DNA of 64,000 bases from NCBI RefSeq assembly GCF_006345805.1, contig NC_043004.1:2666001-2730000 (forward strand), in the 5' to 3' direction. A program made the position numbers and the translations under genes. The DNA comes from Octopus sinensis. Its lineage: Eukaryota. This document shows positions 40,645 to 54,889 of this stretch, piece after piece. The notes under the pieces are model-generated. The model saw nothing but the letters and a program-made list of their open reading frames with translations. It was not told the DNA's origin and ran no database searches. How positions within the stretch are numbered: the stretch's first letter is position 1; the number at the start of each line of letters is the position of its first letter.

Positions 40645-40729
<85 letters not shown>

Positions 40730-42377
40730 CGAAATAGCTGAAAATATTGCTTATTTTTACGAAAGGAAAATTACTGTTTTTAACACCATTAAAAGTACTT
40801 TCCAAGCAACTTTATACTGATTGAACCCTTTAGTTACGATTGTGCAAATGTCAATAAGCCACGTATTGTTGTGGAAATTTCGTCATTATAGACAGCCTAC
40901 TTAAATAGTCCCTCCGTTGTTTTGATCTGCCGACTATTAACTTCTCGATTTGTCACTAAACATACTTGTTAGACATCATTATTAATTCAATGTTTGATAT
41001 CACGAGGTTAGTTTGAGTAACGAGCTTTTAATTCCTTTTTCGTGAGAAATGAACCCAACATTGTTCCACTTGATTGTTTTATCCCTTAAATTATGAAATA
41101 TTACCCATCTTTTTCTATCATCATATTTTCGTTATCATCCGTAAAAACCTAGCTGCAGTTTAATCATAAATTGTGGTCAAATACGTCTTGTATTCAAAAT
41201 TCGCCTAAAATCATCAATGAGGTTTTGAGCGTTTGGTGTGAGACGAAATTGACGTGTGCATAGCTGGCTGGGCTGTAATTAAGGTATAGATTAAACTGAT
41301 TGATCAGTCACGAAGTGTCAATTAGTATATTGTTATTTAAGTGAGATTTACGACTAACTAAATACATTTCTGCTATAGCCGTAGGAGAGCCCTCCAGAGA
41401 TAAGTCTGCCATAAACAATATTGACTTACTTGTAAGCTTAATTTAATTTTAATAGTTGCACTGCCATCACTTGGCATGCTTAGCCGGAAAGAAACACCGC
41501 TGATTTCAGTCGATATATATATATATATATATATATATTATACACACATATATACATATATACACATACGCACATACCTAAGTAGATACGTATAAGTGTG
41601 TTGTGTATAGTGTGTGTATAGTGTGTGTGCATCAATCGTGAATACAGATATATATATATGTATGTATGTTTGTATGTATGTATGTATGTATGTATGTATG
41701 TATGTATGTATGTATGTATGTATGTATGTATGTATGTATGTATGTATATTAGAGGAATGTGTGTGTGGCTGTGCATGCGTTTGTGTCCGATAAATTCTCT
41801 CTTTATTACAGATCCGTATGTGAGCAGATCTTCTATCTCTAAACACAACCAGCATCATCCTTTTATATGTGAGCTTAAACACATAGTTCGGTGTGCATAG
41901 TGTGTTAATGAATGCACGTGATTAGCTAATGATCGCACATAGCAATCACAGAATCCAATTTGGCTTAGGTTTATCATCTGACCAACTATAAACTGTTTTC
42001 ATTAAATGTATGTAACAATTCGTTCATCAAGTGTCTCACCTCGTCCCACGATTACCATGAAATGAAATGCGCAGTCTGAAAATATTTTTGGAGATTCGAA
42101 ATTTCTCAACATCTACTCCTTGCTCACGTGATCTAAATAAATTCCTTATTCAAATCAAATACATTTTCACAATTCTATAGTTAATACATTTAAAATATAT
42201 TTCAATTAAGTGTGACAAAATACAGTATCTTCCTTTAAAAATAAAACGCTAATAATTATAAACATCGTTATTACTTTATCCAGTTATATTTTGTTTCCGA
42301 TTCCATTCACAATGTTTATTCCTTACAGTACTTTTTCTTTCGCCTGTCCCCTAATACCCTTTCAATCACTTCGTTTC

Positions 42378-42985
42378 TTACGTTATCACGCCGAGTGAAA
42401 TGCTTAGCGGTGTTTCGTCTGTCTTTACGTTCTGAGTTCAAATTCCGCCTAGGTCGACATTGCTTTCCATCATCCTTTCGGGGTCGATAAATGAAGTACC
42501 AGTTGCATACTGGGGTCGATCTAATCGACTGACGCCTTCCCAAAAATTTCGGGTCTTGTGCCTAGAGTCGAAAAGAATATTCTACTTATGAAAGGCGGCG
42601 AGTTGGCAGAAACGTTAGCACGCCGGGCCTAATGCTTAGCGGTATTTCGTCAGTCTTTACGTTCTGAGTTCAAATTCTGGCGAGGTCGACTTTACCTTTC
42701 ATCCTTTCGGGGTTGATAAATTAAGTACCAGTTACGCACTGGGGTCGATGTAATCGACTTAATACCTATGTCTGTCCTTGTTTGTCCCTTCTATGTTTAG
42801 CCCCTTGTGGGTAAAAAAGAAATGGGTATTTCGTCAGTCTTTACGTTCTGAGTTCAAATTCTGGCGAGGTCGACTTTGCCTTTCATCCTTTCGGGGTCGA
42901 TAAATTAAGTAACACTTGCATACTGGGGTCGATCTAATCGACTGATCCCCTCCCAAAAATTTCAGGCCTTGTGCCTAGAATAGAA
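42378..42985 (+). mobile_element. Cluster and multimer of SINE family B
   Basis: Three ggt(a/g)tttcgtc(a/t)gtctttacgttctgagttcaaattc units; the last two are ~183 bp apart. Confidence 0.9.
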
Positions 42986-43080
42986 AAAAATATTATTGAG
43001 AGAGAGGCATAGACATGGGAGATTAATTGACGTTTCCATTCAATTTCCCTGGTGCTGTTGTTACTGTTGATGTTTAGTAG

Positions 43081-43211
43081 GAGAATGTCAATTATTTCGA
43101 ATGGACTTCCGAGCAAACAGATCTCAACCGCGACTGCAGAGATTTTATTCAGCCTCTCTGTGTTTTGGACTACATCATCTGCTATGACTTCGTTTTCCAA
43201 AATGGCAAGAT
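43081..43211 (+). CDS. Tentative internal coding exon, product unknown
   Basis: gtttagtAG acceptor; ENVNYFEWTSEQTDLNRDCRDFIQPLCVLDYIICYDFVFQNG is open. Possible donors are G|GCAAGA (end 43204, phase 1) or T|GTAATT (end 43211). The in-register antisense frame is also open. Confidence 0.35.
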
Positions 43212-43623
43212 GTAATTTAAGAGGGTTATATCTGCTATTTTTTTAAGGTCTAAACGCCATTAGCTGTTGCTAAGATCGAGTAAATAGAAGCAATATATCC
43301 ACACGAAATTAACGCAGTTCTTATTTCCTAGAAACACCTGAATTTGATCTCAAGTCTTGGGCACTATAAATGGGTTTCATTTGTTACTGTTTTTGTAAGA
43401 ATTGCGAAGAGTATTATTGCACAACTATTTCGCCAGCGTTCAAGTGAGAGATATTTCTATCGCGTCATAACGTTGATTATATAGAAATAAGATGAAAGTT
43501 AATTGTAATTAGAATATTTTAAAAGAAAATATCCCGTGGCGTTAGTTATTCGAAATTTATCTTCGTTATGCGTGCCAAGAAATAACGCATATCTATCTAT
43601 CTACAGATAGCTAGCTAGCTAGC

Positions 43624-43707
<84 letters not shown>

Positions 43708-43718
43708 AAGATAGATAA

Positions 43719-43803
<85 letters not shown>

Positions 43804-43828
43804 TAGATAGATAGATAGATAGATAGAT

Positions 43829-44929
43829 ATGTTTCTTTATTAGCCACACAGGGCTGCACACAGATAGAACAAATTACAAGGTAGAGCTTTTCTTTTAAAG
43901 GTTTAAAAAAAAAAAAGGAAGGGGGAGTTTCGATCAAAAGTGATCGTAAAAGGAGAGAAAGAGGACAAAAAAAAGGGGGGGTTAAAAAAAAGGGGGAGAG
44001 GAAAAAAAAATTGATCAATAGGGATCGTTATCACAGAAATGTCAATATGAAGTGTAAAGGGGAGGACAGGTGAGGTTTACCCGTGGAAAGAAAAGCCTAC
44101 GGAAAAGACCACGGTAACCTCGGTCAACGGAGTCACATGTTATATTTCTTTTTTTTTTTTTTGCGAATAAACAACTCCCTGTTTTCAATTTCTGGGTTCA
44201 TAGGATCATGCTAAAGGTGGCTTCGTCATTCATACGTGCCATTCTTGCTACATTCACCCATCTTTTTTTAAAACATTCGCTAGACAAAACTTGCCTCTCT
44301 ACTCTCACTTTCCTTTTCCAGTCGTACTTGAAGAAGTTGATGAGAGATTGACCAGAGAGGAAAGTGTTTGTCTCCAATCCTTTCAGACGCGTCCACCAGA
44401 TACATTCTTTCGCCATAGCCACAAGGATGATGAAAATAGCTCTTCCTTCCCGTTTGAAGGAAGGAGGCGTGACAATATTGACGATAGACTCAGCTGATAA
44501 ACCGACTCGTCCCACACGTGACAGCAGTTGTTCGACATAAGCCCACAGGTCGGAAATTGTTGGACACTGCACGAGTGCGTGCAGAACGGTTTCGTCGCTC
44601 TGACCGCATCTCGGGCAGGTCGGCTCCGTGTTTCTCGAGCCGTGTCTGTAGAGCTTATCCCGAACGGGGAGCGCTTCTCGGTAGCACTGCCAGCCAGGGA
44701 TCTCTGGAAGTTGTCCATGGCCCTGGCCCGAAAGTCGTCCTGAACAGGCGGGTCAGGTACTCCTCGTCGACGTCCAGGTTCGCCCCGAGCTCGTCGTCGT
44801 ACCTCCCCTCCACTAAACCCCTATAGAATGCTTTGGTTGTGTTGAAGTCACTCAAGGTCGACCCAGGACGGCAGAGTTGCTTGAGAGCAACGCGACACTT
44901 GCGGTGCCATTCGCCCTTCCTCGGCCTCT

Positions 44930-44930
<1 letters not shown>
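43829..44930 (-). mobile_element. 5'-truncated Tx1/L1-type LINE: ORF2 C-terminus with zf-RVT knuckle plus 3' UTR
   Basis: WQCYREALPVRDKL...CPRCGQSDETVLHALVQC...WAYVEQLL...KECIWWTR; two single-base frameshifts; stop at 44198; AATAAA at 43836-43841 (minus); (AGAT)n on both sides. Confidence 0.85.
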
Positions 44931-45002
<72 letters not shown>

Positions 45003-45019
45003 TGATAGATAGATAGATA

Positions 45020-45077
<58 letters not shown>

Positions 45078-45411
45078 CTGACAGACAGACAGACATTATA
45101 TATCTTGATCTTCCTCTCATCGTTCGATCAATTGTACTCAAAAACGTGTTCGCACCAACATATGAAACGACACTCCTTCAATCACCATTTTGCGTAAATC
45201 TACCTCATGTTACTAGCGTTAATCGCTAGCAACAATCTGACATATGCTCTTGCCATATTTAGTTAAGACTCTCCAAGGTCGACTTTCCCTTTCATCCTTT
45301 CGGGGTCGATAAATTAAGTTCTAGATGAGTGCTGAACTCATTGCAATCGACTTGCTTCCTCCGCCAAACCTGCCAAAATTTAAAACCATTATTATTGTTG
45401 ATGTTATTATA

Positions 45412-45443
<32 letters not shown>

Positions 45444-45458
45444 CGTCATCGTCATTAC

Positions 45459-45491
<33 letters not shown>

Positions 45492-46050
45492 CAGCAGCAG
45501 CGGCGGCGGCGGCGGTAATAGGGCAGTAACAGCAGAAATGTTGCGTTCCACTTATATTCAGTGTAAGATTTTACAATGTAAAACTGGCAACAGGTAGTGA
45601 AAATCTATTGTAAACATCTTTTTAAAAACATGCCATCACTTGTTCTTTTTCGGTTACATAAAATAGCATTTGTTGGGTAGGGAGCGGTTCTCATTGCTTT
45701 GAATTCACTTCGTGCTTTAGAATCTCGATGAAATTTAGGCAATGTCACGATAGGAATCATGTATGTATGTATATATATTTTCCAAACTATATATACATGA
45801 TGATAATAACAGCTAAGGCAATGTATAATAGAAATATTTGCTGCAAATGCTCGTAGCACAACCAAATAATGTCAGAAACACCAATGATAACTCATTCAAA
45901 CCTACCTGTCTCTCCACACATACATCCCGATACTCCATACATCCCGATACTCATATCTTTCCACCTTTGTACCTTTATACTTTCCTGCTTACCTACCTAC
46001 CTACCTACCTACCTACCTACTTATCCATCTGTCTATCTATCTATCTCGTT

Positions 46051-46442
46051 TACTCGTTTACTTCTTTCAGTCATTTGACTGTAGTCATGCTGGAGCACCG
46101 CTTTAGTCGAGCAAATCAACCCCAGGACTTATTCATTCTAAGCCTAGTACTTATTCTATCGGTGTCTTTTGCCGAACCGCTACGTTACTGGGACATAAAC
46201 GCACCAGCATCGGTTGTCAAGCGATGTTGTGGGACCAACGCAAACACATAAACGCACACACACACACATATATACATATATACAACGGGCTTCTTTCAGT
46301 TTCCATCAACCAAATCCACTCACAAGGCTTTGGTTGGCCTGAGGCTATAGAAGAAGACACTTGCCCAGGTGCCACGCAGTGAGAATGAACCTGGAACCAT
46401 GTGGTTAGTAAGCAAGCTACTTACCACACAGCCACTCCTGTG
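46051..46442 (-). mobile_element. SINE family A, near full length
   Basis: All family A blocks are present; it abuts a long (TCTA)n array (46445-47010). Confidence 0.9.
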
Positions 46443-46460
46443 CCTATCTATCTATCTGTC

Positions 46461-46547
<87 letters not shown>

Positions 46548-46697
46548 TTATCTATCTATTTATCCGTCTCTCTATCATCTATCTATCTATCTATCTCGCT
46601 GCCTGTCTGTCTATCTATCTATCTATCTATATATCTATCAGCCTGACTGTTTGTCTATCTATCTATCTATCTATCTATCTATATATCTATCTGTGTG

Positions 46698-46760
<63 letters not shown>

Positions 46761-46899
46761 GCCTGTATATTTATCTATCTGTCTGTCTATTTAGCTATTT
46801 GTCTATCGATCTATCTCTCTATCTGTCTATCTATCTATCTAGTTGCCTAATTATCTCTCTCTATCTATCTATCTATCTATCTACGTATCAATCTATCTA

Positions 46900-46930
<31 letters not shown>

Positions 46931-47245
46931 GTCCCTCTGTATATCGATCTATCTGTCTGTTTATCTCTCTCTTTCTCTCTCTCTCTCCCTCTCCCTCTCT
47001 CCCTTTATCTATCTATCAAGGTAGCTAGCCGACAGGAACTTCTATCCATGTCCGTTATTAAGCCACATGTACGTTGAATGGTTTACATCAAAATCAGTTG
47101 TCTTGAGCAGGTAATTTTCACCAAAATTTCTCGATAAAATTCGTCCTCAGCGGAACTTCAACTCAGAGCATACAGACCGGACAAAATGCCATCAAGCATT
47201 CGGTCCGGTCTCCTAGCGATTCTGCCCGTTTGCTGCCTTAAAATG

Positions 47246-47305
<60 letters not shown>

Positions 47306-47324
47306 TTGACTTCAAGTTTTGGCG

Positions 47325-47495
47325 CAATGCCACTAATTTCTAGGCAATGGGGTAAGTCGATTACTTTGACCACAATGTTCACCTGGTACTTGTTTCATTG
47401 GCCCTGGAAGGATGAAAGGCAAAATCGACCTCGTCTGAATTTGAACTGTTGCTAAACATTTTGCCCGCCTTGCTAATGATTCTGCCAGCTCGTGT
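47325..47495 (-). mobile_element. SINE family B
   Basis: ggaaggatgaaaggcaaaatcgacctcgtctgaatttgaac...gattctgccagctcg. Confidence 0.8.
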
Positions 47496-48070
47496 TTAAA
47501 AAAATAATAATACTTTTACTTCTATAGTTACTCCGACTCCTAGCGGATCCAATAGGAGCACCCATGTAGTCTTTATGTGTTTAGAAATAGCAAGCAAAAG
47601 CTCTGCATACTGCAGCACGCTACTATGTTACTCTCTTCAAAACCACCGTGACACATTGGATAATGTATCCTTTGGTATACAATGCCAAACAGAAAGAAAG
47701 AATATTCATAGCTACAATGAATTTTGATCGGTGGCTTCCCAATCAAGCCTCACCTGGCTGCAGATATGGTCTTCTAAATTACTACGACTACTACTACTAC
47801 TACTACTACAACTACGACGACGACGACGTCTACCACAACGACAACCATCCCTGACAAGTGCTATAAACGTGTAGCGTTATAGCTGTCTCGTGTCTCGCTC
47901 TTCTTAATGTTATGTCATTATTGATCCTGACACTATCCCTCTTGTTTCGTTATCATTTGCACAAAAGACCGGCTGATCAGGGCTGATCGGACTTTATCAA
48001 AATGATAACACCTAACAACATTTTATATGCAATGAAGCCGTATAAATCGGACATACATACAACCTATATG

Positions 48071-48127
<57 letters not shown>

Positions 48128-48151
48128 TATATATAAATATATATATATATA

Positions 48152-48205
<54 letters not shown>

Positions 48206-48371
48206 GAAATGAGGTAATCAGAAGATCGGATGGTTATATTTTACAGATATTTATTTATATATTACATTTTATATATATATATCATATCGCTTAGATCATT
48301 AGCGCTTTCTCCCATTCTAGTGGGGTTTTCTAATCAAACTATATATATATACATACACACACACACACACA

Positions 48372-48445
<74 letters not shown>

Positions 48446-48927
48446 GTATATAAGCATAATACATAATCATTTATGCATATATTTTATACAAATATATATA
48501 TACATATAGATTAATAAATATAATATATAGATGGATAGATGTGTGTATATATATATATATATATATGCACACATACACATGCACACACACTCATGCACAC
48601 ACACACACGGAAGTATATACATACTTTCATATCTAGAAATGCACATATATATACATGCATTACATACACGCATACATACACACATGCATAAATACATTCA
48701 TATACAGATACACACACACACATACATACTTACATATATACATACATACATTCATACATACATAATACATATACACATACATACATACATACATACACAT
48801 ACATACATACATACATACATTCATACATACATACATACATACAGACATACATACACACATACAGACATACATACATACATATATGCATTCATACATACAT
48901 TAATTTACTTATATATACATACAAACA

Positions 48928-48959
<32 letters not shown>

Positions 48960-49111
48960 CATACATACATACATACATACACATTTTTCGTGTTGGTAAT
49001 GTGTAGTCTTGAGGATATTTCCAGAGAAATATGGGTGAGAGAAAAGTAGTTGTGCAAGAAGATCTGCAGTTCGAATGGAATCCCTTGCGATTCGTTGTTT
49101 TTCTTTAACAG

Positions 49112-49209
49112 ACTTTGCAATTGTCAAGGGACAACATGGTCTGCATATAAATGTCCATGAGACGCGCTGCAATGCGTTCGTCACAATTAATTACTTGGGC
49201 GATGGCGGG
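49112..49209 (+). CDS. Tentative internal coding exon, product unknown
   Basis: gttgtttttctttaacAG acceptor; only one frame is open (FAIVKGQHGLHINVHETRCNAFVTINYLGDGG); consensus GG|GTGAGT donor; phase 1 to 0. Confidence 0.5.
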
Positions 49210-49361
49210 GTGAGTTGACAGTAAGTTGCAAAAATGCTGGGCCTCGTTTTCACATTTGTGCCGCTTCTTGTCTTACTCAACGCCATCATCTTACCGCAGT
49301 CAGTTGATTGTCATGGCAACACGCTTTACGTACATCGTGGCATGCTTACATACATGTGTGT

Positions 49362-49440
<79 letters not shown>

Positions 49441-49540
49441 ATATATATGTTGTGTATATATATATATATTATAGATATATATATAAAACGAGAGAGAGAG
49501 AAGATAGATACATATAGATAGGTAGATGTGCGCCTTAGTG

Positions 49541-49571
<31 letters not shown>

Positions 49572-50086
49572 ACGCGCCTGTGTCTGTATGTGTTTATTTC
49601 TGCGAGTATAACTGATTATCTCTTGGTGATGTAAATGATTCGCCTTTCAACCGATTCCACATCATGTCTATTTTCTGGGGTTTTTACACTTTATTTTTTT
49701 TATATTTTTTTCTACTTTTTTATATATTTACTTTCATTATTACCGTTCTTTTTTTCTTTCGCTATTTGTTTTTTGTTGTTGTTTTTTCTTTCTATTTCTT
49801 CAGATTTAGTTGATGCCGTATTTATCTTCCGGCTCACTCGTACATCTACACGTGATAGCTTCAGTTTTGCACAGCACTACTTTTACATAACACCTTTTCA
49901 CATTCTCTCTCATCAGTTTATTATCATCATCATCATCATCATCATCATTATCATCCTCATCACCATTATCATCATCATCATCATCATTATCATAATCATC
50001 ATTATCATCATCATTATTATTATTATTATTATTATTATCATTACTATCATCATGCTCATCATCATCGTTATTTCATTAAACTTGAA

Positions 50087-50121
<35 letters not shown>

Positions 50122-51768
50122 CTCTCCGAGTCTCTCATCTCGCTCTTTCTCTGTATGCATCTCTACCTACCTGTCTGTCTCTCTCTTTTCTCTCTCTGTC
50201 TTTACCTAACTCTCTTTCTCTCTCTTTCATTCCCCCCTCTTTCTCCTCTCGTGTCACTCATCTTGCTGTTTGTTTGTATGCATTTCTCCCTCTTTCTCAC
50301 CCTTTCTCTTCCTCTCTCTCCCTCTCTTTCTTTCTACTTCTCTATCCCTGTGATTATCTGTCAATCTAACCATCTTTCTATAATACACCTCAACAAACAA
50401 CATCATATAAAACAAAACTACACCATTTGCAAGAAGTCCCTTCGCAGCACATACCACTCAACCGTCTTCCCTTCTTCAGCATTTCCCTCTCTAAGGTAAC
50501 TTCTTTCATAACATACCAAGGCCTCGACACCACCCGAAACTCTAACAGTTTATAACATCATACCGTCACTGTGCAATGTTTGTGGATATACAAGAAGCTC
50601 AAAGCGTTCATCTACCTCTAAAGGCCCATGGTTTTATGACTGACATTGAGCACTCAGCAGTCTGGTCGGTTTTAATGCATGAACAACCATGCTGTGCGAA
50701 AACCAGCTAAGGTGCATGTACATAGTGAGTCGATCTGCTAGAAATAGCAGTCCAATTATTCTCGATCCAAAGTCGATCATCTTAAAGGGCGCAATTCATA
50801 TATGCTATTCATGACAAATCAAAGTGAAGATAGGATGGCCATATCTGGAATTTCTTTGATCTTAGACCAGTCCAATAAAAACTGACTTGGGATAAACAGT
50901 ATCAACAAAAGAACGTATAATTCACTTCGGTATAGAGAATAGGCAGCGTATAATTGAGGAAATGGTTCCTTACTTACTAAATGTAGAGATTATATATTCT
51001 GGATATACGAGAAGAAGTTTAAAGCATTCTCCTACCTCCAAAGACCCATGGTTTTATGACTTATCCATGCATCCCATATCGTGCGATGTGTTAAGTACTT
51101 CGAATGTTTGGTCCTTTCAAAGATATATCCCTATTATTCTTGTCTCAAGTTCAGAACTTGATACGATCGTTTCATAACTCTCAGACGTGTGGCTACTTTT
51201 TCTAACATTTATACGCTTTACTGTTGTATTTTTTTCTCTACCCATAATTCTTCCAGGGAAGCAAGTGAAATATCTCTGCAGGAAAACCCTTTGATCTATC
51301 GGAAGATGTCGATAATTATAGAAGCTTATTACAATTTCTTTTAGCCAAGACCAAACTGATACTTGAATTTACTATTTCCGTATTTGTTGAAAAAAAAAAA
51401 CAGAAAGAAAAAAAATCGAATCAGTTTGCGAAAGCAGGTAACACAATTATGTCTTATTCGAGATGTTTCTCTCTTCTCTTCTTTGTAGTCGATTTTATTT
51501 CTTCGATGAAACTACAAACGGAAAGAAAAATGTTAGAAAACAGTAAGAAGAATAAAGTCGGGAGAAGAAGAAAAATAAACAAAGAAAAAATTCCTCACAT
51601 CAGTAGAACAGCTCGTAGCACCAAGCCATAGAGTAACATTTTCTTTACAAGAGGCGGACAGTTAAGATGGTAATAAAACACAGCCATTGATACAATTAAA
51701 AAAATATATATATGTAAAAGAACGTTGTGCATCTTATGTTTTGATTTTCTTTTGGACGTCTTTAACAG

Positions 51769-51880
51769 AAAGATTCAATGCCAAATGAAACTGTATACCG
51801 TTTCACGACAATTATTATTAAAGACGATATCCTCTACGTGACCACAGCAGCTAAAGTCCGTTTCAGTGGTTGCTTTGAAG
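51769..51880 (+). CDS. Tentative internal coding exon, product unknown
   Basis: ttttcttttggacgtctttaacAG acceptor; KDSMPNETVYRFTTIIIKDDILYVTTAAKVRFSGCFE; AG|GTTTAC donor; phase 0 start matches the end of 49112-49209. Confidence 0.4.
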
Positions 51881-52593
51881 GTTTACCGTATTAAAATTCC
51901 TGTTTTGTGTTCTCTGTAACATAGAAATCTCTATCACTTTTACGATGGCATTTATCGGGTTAAATGAACCGTGAGAATATAAACGACAATGTATGCAAAA
52001 TACGTGTCTATAAGATTGGTGTTTGTGGTTCTAATTGCAAGAAAACTAAAATATACTATGAAGATATAAAAAAAATTCAGGCGAAACGAAGACGCAACAC
52101 AACTTCACTTTTTGGCAAGTTGTTTAGCTGATGCTAGGAAACTGAAACCATTCTATTACTTATAGTATCTAAGATAGAAACAACTACATGGTGTTGATTC
52201 TATCTAATTCGGCCAGATTTTTTTCAATATAGGAAGTGTATAAAATGCTTTGACTATTTGCTCGGTTGAAACAATGTACTAATACGTCTTCCTCTAAATA
52301 TTAAATCATTATTAAATTTTCAGTCTACGATACAGACTCTTTAATTTCTTAATCTCTGTGGCTCACCAACAGTTTTAGAAAAATTAGGCAAAAAGACGAA
52401 TAGAGGAGTATTTGCAAAATAGTTAAAGGGCCGCGTAGAGTTACTTTTTTTTTAGTATGTAGTTACGTCCTTTTACGTTCTGCGTTCAAATCGCGCCTAG
52501 CTCGGTATTATTTTCTACCTTTCGGGAACGGAATAACATCAAACGATAATCACGTATCAGGAACGGAGTAATTGAATACACTCTATATATGTA

Positions 52594-52634
<41 letters not shown>

Positions 52635-52763
52635 TCAGCCGAAATTACTACGATGATCCGGTTCTTGACTGAAGACTGAGGGGTTCGAATGTCCTGTCCA
52701 TGTTTATTGTATCGTCTTCTATGAGTTATACGTTCGTGTCCATGTTGTATTTTTCTACATACC

Positions 52764-52859
<96 letters not shown>

Positions 52860-52912
52860 ATATATATATATATATATTATTATTATTATTATTATTATTA
52901 TTTTATTATTAA

Positions 52913-52969
<57 letters not shown>

Positions 52970-52970
52970 G

Positions 52971-53360
52971 GCGACGAGCTAGCAGAATCGTTAGCAGTAA
53001 TATACGCTTAGCAGTATTTCGTCCGTTGTTACGTTCTGAGTTCAAATTCCGCTGAGATCGACTTCGCCTTTCATCCTTTCGGGGTCGATAAACTAAGTAC
53101 CAGTTACGCCTTGGGATCGATATGATCAACTAGCCCCTTCCACCACAATTTCAGGCCTTGTGCCCACAGCTAAAAGGATTGTTATCATTATCATTTTACA
53201 GAGCAAGGCGGCGAGGTGGAAGAATCGTTAGCACGCTGGGTGAAGTGCTTAGCGCTTTTTCGTCTGTGTTCACGTTCTTTGCCTTTTATCTTTTCAGGGT
53301 TGATAGATTAAGTACCAGTTTCGTACTGGGGTCGATGTAACAGACTAGTCACCTCCCCAC
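52971..53360 (+). mobile_element. Two adjacent SINE family B copies
   Basis: ggcgacgagctagcagaatcgttagca... and ggcggcgaggtggaagaatcgttagcacgc.... Confidence 0.85.
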
Positions 53361-54185
53361 AAATTAATATATATTTGCTTCAGAATAATGCGTCAGTCGA
53401 GTGCAGAGTAAGAATAAGAAATTAAAAGTCAAAAGAATAAGAATGTTATTCCATGGTCCTCTTCTAACTTCATATTTATATGTGTGTGTGTGTCTATTTG
53501 CTCGTGCACATATGTATATATATACGCAGACACACATATATCTATGTAGTATATCTATACATATACATATACTCATATATTTACACACACACACACGCAC
53601 ATACACACATATATAAAATTATAATTAAAGGTATCTAAAAGATACCACCATGCTAGAGATAGCAGTCAAAACTTGACTCTTAAACCTCATGAGATATTCA
53701 TACAGCACCAGGAGAAAAGACAAAGAGACAAAATAAACTAGCAAAAGATTTATTGGATGATTCCAGGTGTGGATTTCTAGATCTGGAATTATCCGATATT
53801 TGATGTAGTTTCTAAATCAAGTTTTGTGGTATATTTTAGATATCCTTAGCTTAATTATAATCCAATAATAATTATTCCCAATAAGGTTTTTATTTCCAGG
53901 CTGGCCACTTGATATGATCGGTATTTCAAATAACGATCTTATCCATATTTATATAAATTTACACACACACACACACACACACATATGCATATACATACAC
54001 ACACACACATATATATATATAATTCTAAAAGAGAGTTAGAGGTTGTGAATCCAAATAACTAAGAGATAATATCTATCCAATATGCTGCTGGTAGAAAACC
54101 CAATTATTAATACACAGGTGTTTATTATTTATTGCATGGCAATTACATTACCGAGTGTAATAAATGGATGAGGGTAAAAAGTTGT

Positions 54186-54641
54186 TTTACACTTAATTTA
54201 TACGCCAGTAAGGAAATGGAGGGGATCAAGAGGTGGTATTCATCAACTTATAGACATTATATTATGTCAATTTACATATTAAAAAAAAAACAATTATAAT
54301 AATATACATACATGTACAAAATATTATGCTTTACATATATAATATATAAAAATATAAAAATACTAATAATTATTAAAATATACACCGTAAAAAATAGAAA
54401 GTAGACTAGTTTCTTACAGCATATATTTATGACTTCTCTCTGTTTTACTATTTTAAAATATATTTAATAATTACTGGTATTTTTATATATGCTAAGCATA
54501 ATCTGTTATACATGTATATATATTATTATAATTGTATTTTTTTTAAAATAAACAAATAGACATAGTATAATGTCTAAAAGTTGATGAATACGACCTCTTG
54601 ATCCCCTCCATCTTCTTACTGCCCTATAAATTATGGGTAAA
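54186..54641 (-). mobile_element. Fold-back element (~210-bp arms) with hammerhead half-core at the apex
   Basis: atggaggggatcaagaggt(g/c)gtattcatcaactt matches across the arms and the match continues through the AT-rich inner part. The loop carries GAAACTAGTC on minus (54404-54413). Confidence 0.7.
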
Positions 54642-54651
54642 TAAATGTTAG

Positions 54652-54719
<68 letters not shown>

Positions 54720-54889
54720 ACAAAAACATACTCATATTATATACATAGTGTGAGATAGAGATAGAGGTGCAATGTAGGCGTATGTGCGGGTGTGTGTATA
54801 CATATATACATATACATATAGATGTATGCATACATCCATGTACGTATGCATGCATTCATATATATATATATTATATATATAATATATAT

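Noticed and set aside
49234-49330. Signal-peptide-like [29 protein letters not shown], a minus-strand ATGATGGCGTTGA|GTAAGA mini-exon, and an X-box-like ATTGTCATGGCAAC
   Set aside because: The ORF runs into microsatellite without a good donor. The readings are mutually competing and all lie just downstream of a stronger exon donor at 49210.
49635-50369. 244-aa hydrophobic ORF
   Set aside because: Built from T-rich, (ATC)n/(ATT)n and (CT)n low-complexity sequence.
52660-52700. gaCTGAAGActgaggggttcGAATgtc hammerhead-like motif
   Set aside because: GAAA is broken and stem II does not pair; at most a decayed remnant.
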